A stretch of 64,000 nt of DNA, from IMG/VR virus record IMGVR_UViG_3300035492_000044, positions 46,179 through 110,178 of that record. One strand, given 5' to 3'. The translations under genes were made by a program, and so were the position numbers. The notes beneath the pieces are model-generated. The model saw only the letters and a program-made list of their open reading frames with translations. It was not told where the DNA came from and did not search any database. This stretch comes from a virus (taxonomy: Duplodnaviria > Heunggongvirae > Uroviricota > Caudoviricetes). Of the stretch, positions 10,175-18,871 are shown in pieces (within the stretch, counting starts at the first letter, position 1; every line of letters starts with the position of its first letter).

Positions 10175-11307
10175 GTCACATGAACCTCAACCAACAAATC
10201 CCAGCTCGTCCTGTTCGTGAGTTCGACAAAGTAGTTGTCGTTACTGGTGGATCGGGATTCATCGGAGGTGCATGTGTCAAGCTCCTCAATGAAGATCCAT
10301 GCGTTTCTGAGATCCGAATCCTGGACGTAGCATTCCCTGACTACGAACTGACTTCGAAGATGCGCTACTTCCGAGTAGACGTCAACGATCTGGCAACTCT
10401 TCTGAAGTACTCTGTCGATGCTGACGAGTGGATCGACAACGTAGGTCTGCTCGGCACTGGTGATACTCATGAACTGGGTAGCTATCCTGCGACAGCTCTG
10501 GCGACTAACGTCAATGGCTTCCTCAATCAGCTGGAAGCTGCGTACCTCAACGGTGTACCTCGCTTCTTCCACCAGACCAAGAATCGCTTCGATACTACCA
10601 ATGGTACTGAAGGTGGTCTGTCTGAAAACTGGTATACTGCTACTAAGAGTATGGCGGAGATCGCTGCATTCTGGGCACGTAAGAGTCGTCATCAGCAGGT
10701 AACTGTAGTTCGTTACCTCAATGCATCCGGTCGTCGTCAGCATCTGGGTCCAGTTCGTAAGCTGTTCCCTCTGGCAGTAGTCAACGCTATTCTGGACATC
10801 GACTTCACTGTCTACGGTGATGGTCAGCAACTGGCCGACTTCATTCATGTGGAAGACCTGGCTTCTGCAGCTATGACCTTCATGCGTGCCGATAGCATGG
10901 ACAAGCCTGTCCGTATGCTGGATATCGGTACTGGTCAAGCTATCAGTATTCTTGATCTGGTCACCAAGATCAAGCAGAAGATTCCTAGCAGCAAGTCTGC
11001 TATCCAGTTCCTCCCTATGCGTAAGGGTGAGAAAGAGAATACTCGCATCGAAGCTGATCTTCGTGACATCGAGGAGGCTCGCAGCTATGGCTGGGAATGC
11101 AAGTTCTCTGAAGAAGATGTGATCAACGACTACATCCAGTACTACCTGTCTGGAGATGTGGACTACACTTACATCTACAATACCATGGTCTACTTCCAAG
11201 AGACCTACAGCCCATTCACTTCCAATGGTCAACCAATCAACATCCGTGATATGGGTGTCGAAGGTGTCCGTCAGAAGTTCATCGAGAAGATGCAGAACGA
11301 TGGCTAA
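10171..11307 (+). CDS. NAD-dependent sugar epimerase/dehydratase (extended SDR)
   Basis: 'VTGGSGFIGG' Rossmann motif and 'YTATKSMAE' YxxxK. Confidence 0.8.
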   Translation: MSHMNLNQQIPARPVREFDKVVVVTGGSGFIGGACVKLLNEDPCVSEIRILDVAFPDYELTSKMRYFRVDVNDLATLLKYSVDADEWIDNVGLLGTGDTHELGSYPATALATNVNGFLNQLEAAYLNGVPRFFHQTKNRFDTTNGTEGGLSENWYTATKSMAEIAAFWARKSRHQQVTVVRYLNASGRRQHLGPVRKLFPLAVVNAILDIDFTVYGDGQQLADFIHVEDLASAAMTFMRADSMDKPVRMLDIGTGQAISILDLVTKIKQKIPSSKSAIQFLPMRKGEKENTRIEADLRDIEEARSYGWECKFSEEDVINDYIQYYLSGDVDYTYIYNTMVYFQETYSPFTSNGQPINIRDMGVEGVRQKFIEKMQNDG

Positions 11308-12172
11308 ATACGACGTAGTGCTGACAGGTTCTGATGGCTACATTGGGACCTATGTCAAGAATGCTCTTTCCACTATGGGTCTGAGTGTTCTCTGTGTTGA
11401 CCTCAAGTCAGGTCTTCACATGGCTGACGTCATGGGTGTATCTGCTAAGTGGTTGATCCACTTAGCAGCACTTATTGATGTTCGAGAGAGCCATGACAAG
11501 AACCATGCTTACTTCGACAATAACTGTGGCGCCTACTACGATCTGGTGATGAAGAATGGTAACACATTCGAAAATATCATCTATGCTTCGAGTGCTGCAG
11601 TTTATGACGACCACGGGAACATCAATCCTCAGTCTGTCTACGGGATGACTAAGCTTAATGGGGAATACATCACTAAGATGGCTTCTCCTACTAATCACCT
11701 AGTTCTCCGGTTCGCTAACCCAGTTGGAGTCAGCCCGGTTAGTACTCCTAAGATGGGTGATGGTCTATTCTTCAAACTGGCTCAAGCAGCCGTTGATGAG
11801 AAGGTCTTCTCCATCCACAACTCCGAACATATGAAGCGGGACTTCTTCCCGGTAATCTGGATTCCTCTTCTGATCTCTGCGGTCATTAAGGATGAGAACT
11901 TCAGCATGTTCGGTACTCATGACCTATGTAGCGGAAAGCTGGTCACTGTTCGCAGTGTCGTTGAAGCTCTCTGCGATCTTCATGAGATCGGGTACAAACT
12001 GGTAGCACCTCCCATCGGAACTCTGGAGAATGTGGAAGAGCGTGATTGCCCTATCCTCAACCAGTACCTGGATATCGTTTATCGTGGGTATGATCCAGTT
12101 GCATTTGTTACTGAGCAGTTCCCCAACTATCTCAAGTTAGCAGCTAAGATCGCTATCAAGTCCAGCGTTTAA
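11300..12172 (+). CDS. NAD-dependent epimerase/reductase family (SDR)
   Basis: 'LTGSDGYIGTYV' and 'YGMTKLNGEY' YxxxK; ATG overlaps the upstream stop. Confidence 0.7.
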   Translation: MAKYDVVLTGSDGYIGTYVKNALSTMGLSVLCVDLKSGLHMADVMGVSAKWLIHLAALIDVRESHDKNHAYFDNNCGAYYDLVMKNGNTFENIIYASSAAVYDDHGNINPQSVYGMTKLNGEYITKMASPTNHLVLRFANPVGVSPVSTPKMGDGLFFKLAQAAVDEKVFSIHNSEHMKRDFFPVIWIPLLISAVIKDENFSMFGTHDLCSGKLVTVRSVVEALCDLHEIGYKLVAPPIGTLENVEERDCPILNQYLDIVYRGYDPVAFVTEQFPNYLKLAAKIAIKSSV

Positions 12173-12191
12173 GTACGGCGAAAGCCTGTTA

Positions 12192-12226
12192 GGGTAATGG
12201 CGCGAATGTCATTACCCTATTTATTT
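12192..12226 (+). terminator. terminator-like hairpin GGGTAATG..CATTACCC + TATTTATTTC, fused to a degenerate class-B motif
   Basis: The hairpin begins at the GGGT of the motif's GTTAGGGT. Confidence 0.5.
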
Positions 12227-12242
12227 CTAGGAGATATGATTC

Positions 12243-13385
12243 ATGAAGATTTCGTACATCCAGTCTGCGTATGGTGGTGCTCAATGTAAGCGTGGGTATC
12301 CACACGTACGTGACATCGTACCTCTTCTGAAAGGCCTGATGAATGATGGCCATGAAATCACCCAAGTATTCCCAGACTACGCTAAGGGTGGTCTGATTGA
12401 CCGTTACTGGCATGACCCTAAGGCTCGTCAAGAGAACTTGATGGAGCACTTCCGTCTAGGTGTTCGTCCGTATCACCATATCCAGAAGGAAGATACTGAC
12501 ATCGTTCTGATGTACGCTATGCCGTGGAGCGACATCAACACCAACTATGTAATCGAGGGTCTTCAGTGGTACACTGACCGCAAGATCCCCATCTATTACA
12601 TCTGCGCTGACTACGAGATCGAGAATACTCGCGCTGGTGATAGCGTGATCTTCAAGATCATTCGCACTCGTCATCCAGAAATCTGGGCGAATATCAAACA
12701 TATCTTCACGTGCATCCCGTTCTATCCAGAGAAGCTGAAGAATGAATTCGGTCTGGAGAATGTGACGTACATTCCGACTACTTATGACCCGAGCTATGAA
12801 CTTCCGATCCGTAATGTTCACGAACGTGACAGTACCCTAATTTTCGGAGGTCCTATCAGCTTCCGTCATAACCTGTTCGCTCATATGGACAAGCTGGTTA
12901 AGTCATCTGACCGACTGTGCCACTTCTATAATGAGTCGGACAAAGCTCGACGTAACTCTCGTGCCAAGGATCCGATCGATGTACGTGCTACGTACAAGGA
13001 CTCTCCGAACGTAGTAGTCTATGATGAGCCGATTTACATGGCTTATCCCGAGTATCTGGCCAAGCTGACTAATAGCTGCTTCGCTGTGGGTGATTCTACC
13101 TTTACTGATCTGAACATCGGTCATGATGTCAATCACCACACTACTCGCATCATCGATGGTCTCTATGCCGGCTGCCTGTCTCTGATGACTGAGACTCAGT
13201 CCATCAAGTTGTATGTAGGGAATCCTGATCAGTTCTTTATCGAGAGATTCGATCAGGACGATTTCATGGCAGTTCTGTCTAACAGTATCTTCTTTGATGA
13301 TGCAGTAAGAGCTCGTCGAGAAGCATTCAATGAGGCATTCGGTATCGATCGCTGGTACCCAATCTTCGCATCCAAACTGGTATAA
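12243..13385 (+). CDS. GT-B glycosyltransferase resembling T4 DNA beta-glucosyltransferase (Bgt)
   Basis: 'MKISYI', 'LIFGGPISFRH' vs Bgt 'VIYGGSFRSGQRE', and 'CFAVGDSTFTDL..RIIDGLYAGCLSLMTE' vs Bgt 'LIIGDKNYND..RVWETMASDAVMLIDE' (Bgt sequence recalled from memory). Confidence 0.45.
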   Translation: MKISYIQSAYGGAQCKRGYPHVRDIVPLLKGLMNDGHEITQVFPDYAKGGLIDRYWHDPKARQENLMEHFRLGVRPYHHIQKEDTDIVLMYAMPWSDINTNYVIEGLQWYTDRKIPIYYICADYEIENTRAGDSVIFKIIRTRHPEIWANIKHIFTCIPFYPEKLKNEFGLENVTYIPTTYDPSYELPIRNVHERDSTLIFGGPISFRHNLFAHMDKLVKSSDRLCHFYNESDKARRNSRAKDPIDVRATYKDSPNVVVYDEPIYMAYPEYLAKLTNSCFAVGDSTFTDLNIGHDVNHHTTRIIDGLYAGCLSLMTETQSIKLYVGNPDQFFIERFDQDDFMAVLSNSIFFDDAVRARREAFNEAFGIDRWYPIFASKLV

Positions 13386-13387
13386 TC

Positions 13388-14266
13388 ATGCTCAAGAATA
13401 CAGCTCTAGGCTACGTGATTGCATTCTACAATGAGACTGTGATCGATCGTTTCGTCAAGGGTGGTATTACTCGTCGTGTACCCCATGGGTACACTTCGGG
13501 TGACTCCACATACAGCACTCTGCTTCCTCTGGCTGAGTTCACTCCATACATAACTGTCTTCTTCGACCCAGCACTGGAAGATAAGATTAAGGAGTCTGGT
13601 GCATTCGATCTTATCAAGACCTTGTCTGATGAGTCGATGATCACTTATCACCATGAGATGTGCAAGCAATTCAAGGGTCGCTGGAGACTGATGCAGGAGA
13701 TGACTCAGCGTCAAGACGCTGAGTACCTGTTTATCGTCGAAGATGACTTTGTGCTGAACAAGCTGAACTATGACACCACTGTGCTTGATAATGCACTGGA
13801 GTCTGGCAAGTACGACTTCATCAGTCTTAATCGCAACTACAGCATGAAGGCCACTGAGGCTGAACATACTCATTCGTTCTATGGTATCCCCATGAGCGAG
13901 CGTGGTATGCGTGATGGATTTATTGTTCGTCGCACTATGACGAATGATCTCTTCGAGTATGCCATCAAGCACTTCTTCAAAGAATACAAGGCTGGTAACT
14001 ACAAGTACCACCACATCCATCAGTGGGATGACTGCCTCTGGGTTAGTGGAGTCAAGCACAATCCTCAGGTATTCTCCAGTGTAGTATACGAAGGAACTAT
14101 TCCTCTGATTCATGCTGAGTTCTATAGTAAGTCCGCCAGGTCTTCCTTCGTTCGTAACTACGAGATAGGTGGAGAGATTGCTCCACTGGAATCGTTCCTA
14201 CAAGAACTGATTGTGGAGTCTCATGTTGACTTCGCAACTAAACTCTATGGTGAACTCAATGTCTGA
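13388..14266 (+). CDS. putative GT-A fold glycosyltransferase (GT25-like)
   Basis: 'EYLFIVEDDFVL' DxD-like motif. Confidence 0.35.
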   Translation: MLKNTALGYVIAFYNETVIDRFVKGGITRRVPHGYTSGDSTYSTLLPLAEFTPYITVFFDPALEDKIKESGAFDLIKTLSDESMITYHHEMCKQFKGRWRLMQEMTQRQDAEYLFIVEDDFVLNKLNYDTTVLDNALESGKYDFISLNRNYSMKATEAEHTHSFYGIPMSERGMRDGFIVRRTMTNDLFEYAIKHFFKEYKAGNYKYHHIHQWDDCLWVSGVKHNPQVFSSVVYEGTIPLIHAEFYSKSARSSFVRNYEIGGEIAPLESFLQELIVESHVDFATKLYGELNV

Positions 14267-15071
14267 GATGCCAACAAGACAGAAATTAGTGATGTGTATT
14301 CTTAGTGGTGGATTCGATCCTATCCACTCTGCGCACATCGACATGATCAAAGATGCTGCAGAGAAGTATGACTTCGTCATTGTCGGTGTCAATAGTGACG
14401 AGTGGCTGACTCGCAAGAAGGGCATGAACTTCATGTCCATCAAGGATCGTATTGCAGTAGTCTCTCAATTCAAGGGAGTAACTGGTGTTCATACGTTCGA
14501 TGACTCTGACGATACAGCTAACCAGCTGATTCTGAAGATCCATGAAGAGTATGGGAATAACTACAAGATCGTCTTCGGTAATGGAGGTGATCGCGTAGCT
14601 GGTAAGACTATCCCAGAAGAAACCCTATGTAAGACTCTAGGTATCGACATCGTCGATGGCCTTGGCGGTACTACTAAGGGTAATAGCTCTTCGTGGATCC
14701 TGGGTCGCTGGTCTGACTTCGCACGTGAGGCTCAGCCAGTAGTCCGTAGATGGGGCAAGTTCTTCAGTCTGTTCAAGCAGGATGGAGTCAAGGTCAAGAA
14801 GCTGGTGATTGATTCTGGTAAGAGTATCAGTCTTCAGCTTCATCATCATCGTAGTGAGCACTGGATCGTAACTAGCGGCGCTGGTCTTTTCAGTGTAGAT
14901 GGACACGAACAATATCTGTCAGAAGGTAAGTCGGTATTCGTACCGGCATGTGCCCAGCACAAGATTACCAATACTGGCTCAATTCCTCTCGAGATCATTG
15001 AGGTTCAAACTGGCAAAATACTGTCAGAAGAGGACATCATCCGTTTCGAAACTATTGAAGGGTCTCTGTAA
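14259..15071 (+). CDS. Sugar-phosphate nucleotidyltransferase (cytidylyltransferase-like HxGH) fused to a C-terminal cupin domain
   Basis: 'SGGFDPIHSAHIDMI' nucleotidyltransferase motif. C-terminal 'HHHRSEHWIVTSGAG..VPACAQHKITNTG' is a cupin, like ManC/RfaE-type enzymes. Confidence 0.7.
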   Translation: MSEMPTRQKLVMCILSGGFDPIHSAHIDMIKDAAEKYDFVIVGVNSDEWLTRKKGMNFMSIKDRIAVVSQFKGVTGVHTFDDSDDTANQLILKIHEEYGNNYKIVFGNGGDRVAGKTIPEETLCKTLGIDIVDGLGGTTKGNSSSWILGRWSDFAREAQPVVRRWGKFFSLFKQDGVKVKKLVIDSGKSISLQLHHHRSEHWIVTSGAGLFSVDGHEQYLSEGKSVFVPACAQHKITNTGSIPLEIIEVQTGKILSEEDIIRFETIEGSL

Positions 15072-16567
15072 TGACACTCAAGATTGGCATCACTTCGTTT
15101 GGCTCTGGTGTACGTGGTATCTCCAAGTACGAGGAGAGTCTTAGTAATAGCGGTATCATCGATTCTGGTCTCTTCCAGATGTTGGTCCAAGAGATGGGTG
15201 CTGAACTCATCATTGTAGGTGCCATGCAGAAACGCTGTAAGGATATTGTGCAGGATGGCACTAATCCTTATCACGAGCCGTGGATGGACGGTATCCGAGT
15301 AGTTCAGTCATGGGCTGATATGCCAGAAGACCTGGATTGCCTAGTAGTGCAGCAAGGCGCTGAGAATCTTCGATTCACTGTCAGCTTTGATGGTGTCACC
15401 TGCACTGCTGCCTATCATGTCTACAAACTGATGGACGTATACCGCAACACTCCTGTTGTATACTTCCAGACAGACTTTGGCACTCCTCTCTGGATGCCAG
15501 AGACTTATGGTGGATTCTTCGCCAAGGCATTCAAGCCAGATGCTCTGTACAAGAAGCGTAAGGTGTATGTCCTTCCTGCTGGTCACATCAACAATGATGC
15601 AGCACGTAAGATCATGGTTAATACTCTGGCCTATCGTCATAGTGGAATCGAGATCCTGGACAACTATCCTGACATTCACTTCCTGACTGACATCAACTAC
15701 AAAGATAGTTACCCTATCACCAGTGCTCCGACAGGTCTGGCATTCGCTGGTAAGTCACGGAGATTCGGTGACAGATCTCCTCTCGTACGAGACATCATTA
15801 AGGCTCTGCCCAGTGAGATCAGCTTCACTCTCATGGGCAAGTGGTCTGAGATGGTAACTGAAGTCCTAAGAGAAAATGATGTCAATAAGGGTTATCTGCA
15901 GCAACATAGCGAAGTCTTGAAGACTTACAATGAAGCAGGATTCACTCTGTACATTACTGCCCCAGAGTATCGCACCATTCGAGCCTTCACGTCTCGTATG
16001 ACTGATGCCATTGTGGCTAATTGCCTGCCTATCATCTGGCACGAAGACTGGGATGTAATCAAGCATCAGTTCGGAGTTGATCCTGACGTAACTACTATCT
16101 TGGCTGGACTGGTAGTTGAAAAGGCAGAAGATATTCCCCATAAGATGGTTGAGTTCTACGATAAGGACAAGCGTGAGAGTATCCTGTCCATGCTTCGTAA
16201 TACTTTCCTCTATCAGTCGGATACTGCCAAGGAGAACATTGGTCGTAAGCTGGAGTACATCATCAATCACGACGATGCTGATGAGACTGTAGCGGTACCT
16301 ACTGAGATCTTCGGCTTGTACGTTGATGGGCAGTTGTCGGCACGTCGTAATAAGGCAGCCACTACTGAAGAAGCTCAAGCACGCTATGAAGAAGCATTCA
16401 ATAGCGAGCTGACAGCTAATGACATCTACAACGTTAAGATGCAGACTGGACTCTTCATGGAGTACGGTAGCAAGGAGACGTTCAAAGACGTACCTCAAGA
16501 GTGGCTGGAGAAGACCTTCAATACTCCATCTACTAAACGCTTCCTCGAGTACGCCCTATCCAACTAG
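15071..16567 (+). CDS. hypothetical; weak resemblance to T4 alpha-glucosyltransferase (Agt) N-terminus
   Basis: 'KIGITSFGSGVRGISKY' vs Agt 'RICIFMARGLEGCGVTKF'; 'RSPLVRDIIKA' vs 'RSPAFIAIKEKG'. Tentative. Confidence 0.3.
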   Translation: MTLKIGITSFGSGVRGISKYEESLSNSGIIDSGLFQMLVQEMGAELIIVGAMQKRCKDIVQDGTNPYHEPWMDGIRVVQSWADMPEDLDCLVVQQGAENLRFTVSFDGVTCTAAYHVYKLMDVYRNTPVVYFQTDFGTPLWMPETYGGFFAKAFKPDALYKKRKVYVLPAGHINNDAARKIMVNTLAYRHSGIEILDNYPDIHFLTDINYKDSYPITSAPTGLAFAGKSRRFGDRSPLVRDIIKALPSEISFTLMGKWSEMVTEVLRENDVNKGYLQQHSEVLKTYNEAGFTLYITAPEYRTIRAFTSRMTDAIVANCLPIIWHEDWDVIKHQFGVDPDVTTILAGLVVEKAEDIPHKMVEFYDKDKRESILSMLRNTFLYQSDTAKENIGRKLEYIINHDDADETVAVPTEIFGLYVDGQLSARRNKAATTEEAQARYEEAFNSELTANDIYNVKMQTGLFMEYGSKETFKDVPQEWLEKTFNTPSTKRFLEYALSN

Positions 16568-16642
16568 GGCGCTTAGAGTACTGGAGAGCCAGTTAGGGTG
16601 GGAGGAGTTTCGGCTCCCTCACCCTTCTACTTAGGAGACATC

Positions 16643-17362
16643 ATGAGCTACATGTCGTCACAAGAGATTCTGGATAGGTTAGTGGAATTGTCTGGTAAAG
16701 AAGACAAGACTGAGCTCATCCAGTTCGTAACTGATAAGCTGCCATGCATTAAGAATTCTGATATGTGCCAGCCTATCTTCGAATTCATCTACAAGAACGT
16801 ACCTGATCCATGGCATTACATGGATGACCGTCATAATGCCTTCAATATGAAGTTCATGAATGATCTTCGTCCACATATCGAAGGTAAGTCCGTAGTGGAT
16901 ATTGGATCTGGCGTAGGTGTTAAGTGGAACTATGCAGGATTTCCACTTCAGTCTGTTACTCTGGTGGATATTAGCCCAGAGTGCATTGAGAAGGCTAAGG
17001 AGCTGACTAAGCCTAATTCCTTCTTCGTGAACTACGTAGTCGGTGGATTCCAGGACTACGATATCCCAGAAGACTTGGATGTTCTCTATACGATGAACGC
17101 CCTGTACTATGTTCCGACCGGAGCACGTACTACCTTCTACCGTAATGTGGCTGTGAAGAAGCCTCGCATGATTATTACGGGATCGAATAATGTCGACCCT
17201 AATGACGACTGGCGTGACTACATGATCAAGTGGCCAGAACTCCTCAGCACCAGATACAAGTGTCAAGATGTACTTGGGGACAAGAAGTATGAGCTGGCTG
17301 GTGTAGTCCACACCGTTGACGGTGACTTGGATTACTACCTAAACGTCTACGTTTTGAAATAA
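16643..17362 (+). CDS. Class I SAM-dependent methyltransferase
   Basis: 'VVDIGSGVGV' motif I and 'DLDVLYTMNALYYV'. Start moved to the ATG after RBS 'aggaga', downstream of the class-A motif hairpin. Confidence 0.55.
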   Translation: MSYMSSQEILDRLVELSGKEDKTELIQFVTDKLPCIKNSDMCQPIFEFIYKNVPDPWHYMDDRHNAFNMKFMNDLRPHIEGKSVVDIGSGVGVKWNYAGFPLQSVTLVDISPECIEKAKELTKPNSFFVNYVVGGFQDYDIPEDLDVLYTMNALYYVPTGARTTFYRNVAVKKPRMIITGSNNVDPNDDWRDYMIKWPELLSTRYKCQDVLGDKKYELAGVVHTVDGDLDYYLNVYVLK

Positions 17363-17404
17363 AACGTGTAAAATCACGACGTTTAAGTCTCTTGAAAACC
17401 TGTT

Positions 17405-17436
17405 AGGGTAGGGGAACTCTTCCTCTACCCTATTTT
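17405..17436 (+). terminator. terminator-like hairpin GGGTAGGGGAA..TTCCTCTACCC + TATTTTTG, fused to class-B motif
   Basis: Hairpin + T-run immediately after the motif. Confidence 0.5.
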
Positions 17437-17451
17437 TGTGAGTAATTATTC

Positions 17452-18456
17452 ATGAGAAATAAGCCTGCAGACATACCTTATTGTGGGGTAGATAGAGCCA
17501 AGATTCTATCAGCACGCCCAATAATTAATGCTGATGTTCTCAGAATGTACGTGTCGTGGATCAAGCAGAGAGCTCACGTATACTACATGAAAGAGATTGT
17601 CGGAGAGCCTGGTCCATGGACCACTGATCCGATTCTTAGTAAGTACAAGTTCACCAATATCCGGCGAGAACTGGATCGGGAGACTAAGTGGCTTATTGAT
17701 AATGTGATCAACAGTGATAAGCTGTCTATCCTGGATAAGGCACTCAATTGTGCATTATTCCGGTGCATCAATACTGGGCAGTACTTCCAGGAAGTCTGGC
17801 ATGGTCCACTACGCCTTAGTAATATGAAGGATTTCGATTTCAATCATCTTAATGATATGGAACGAGATTCGGAATATTCTGGACCTCTGCAGTCTAATGC
17901 GTACTTCCTTTCTCAGATGAGACGAGTGGCTAACGACCTATGCAAGAGGCAGAATGCTAGTCATCTAGCATACAGCAATACTGCTCTAGCGTACTTCATA
18001 TGGTTCCATCGCCGGACTATTGAAGATGCATTAGCAGCTGATACTCCATCTAAGGCTACGATTCTTCTGGAGACTATCCCAGGATTCGGTAAGTTCATGT
18101 CATACCAAGTGTGGGTAGACTGGACTTACATGGAAGACTACGAGTTTAGTGAAAATGAGTTCGTACTATCTGGACCAGGATGTGACCTAGGCCTGTCGTA
18201 TCTATTCAAAGACCAGGATGGCATGTCTCCAGAAGAGACTCTATTCTGGATGAGAGACAATCTAGTTAAAGTCTGCAGAGACCTTGAAATAGATTTTGAT
18301 CCTGGAGTGATTCAGAGCTACTTACCACCAGATAAACGTAACTTTGGTGTTATGCAGCACGAAAATGGTCTATGTGAGCTAAGCAAGTATTACCGTCTTC
18401 ATACAGGTGAACGTATGAGGGCAAGATATTATGCCCCTGGTACTGATAGTAAATAA
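17452..18456 (+). CDS. hypothetical protein
   Basis: ORF preceded by class-B motif 17377 and RBS. Confidence 0.4.
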   Translation: MRNKPADIPYCGVDRAKILSARPIINADVLRMYVSWIKQRAHVYYMKEIVGEPGPWTTDPILSKYKFTNIRRELDRETKWLIDNVINSDKLSILDKALNCALFRCINTGQYFQEVWHGPLRLSNMKDFDFNHLNDMERDSEYSGPLQSNAYFLSQMRRVANDLCKRQNASHLAYSNTALAYFIWFHRRTIEDALAADTPSKATILLETIPGFGKFMSYQVWVDWTYMEDYEFSENEFVLSGPGCDLGLSYLFKDQDGMSPEETLFWMRDNLVKVCRDLEIDFDPGVIQSYLPPDKRNFGVMQHENGLCELSKYYRLHTGERMRARYYAPGTDSK

Positions 18457-18862
18457 GAGGACTTATCCTCTAACTGACATTGAGTATGTCGGGAGACCCT
18501 CTCCTCTTGGTAATCCGTTCGAGATAGGATGTGATGGTACCAGACGAGTTGTAATAGAAAAGTATCGATTGTGGTTACATGAGAAGATAAGTAATCGCGA
18601 CCCTCTTATTATTACTGAGCTGACAAGACTTCATAATGAGTTAGTCAGCAAGTATATGATTAAGTTAGCATGTTGGTGCTCCCCTCTTCAGTGTCATGCA
18701 TGTGTGATAAAACACGTTCTTGATAATTGGGAGAAGTATATGTCTACTGAAGTAGAAAGCTGTCTTGATGACATTAATGAAGTTATTCCGCCTGAGGATA
18801 AACCTCTGGAAGATGTAAATGACGGTGATGCTACACCGGCATATGTTAATCAAGACCGGTAA
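18431..18862 (+). CDS. hypothetical Cys-rich protein
   Basis: ORF overlapping the upstream gene end. Confidence 0.35.
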   Translation: MPLVLIVNKRTYPLTDIEYVGRPSPLGNPFEIGCDGTRRVVIEKYRLWLHEKISNRDPLIITELTRLHNELVSKYMIKLACWCSPLQCHACVIKHVLDNWEKYMSTEVESCLDDINEVIPPEDKPLEDVNDGDATPAYVNQDR

Positions 18863-18871
18863 GGACTAGTT

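Noticed and set aside
10093-11232. 379 aa minus-strand ORF overlapping the SDR epimerase gene
   Set aside because: The + strand ORF has clear Rossmann/YxxxK motifs; the antisense frame is a by-product of codon bias.
13406-14113. 235 aa minus-strand ORF
   Set aside because: Antisense to a + strand gene with a DxD-like motif; no RBS and no motif.
16598-16642. Track start of the methyltransferase ORF at 16598 (MGGVSAPSPF...)
   Set aside because: That segment is the class-A motif hairpin; the ATG at 16643 follows an AGGAGA RBS.
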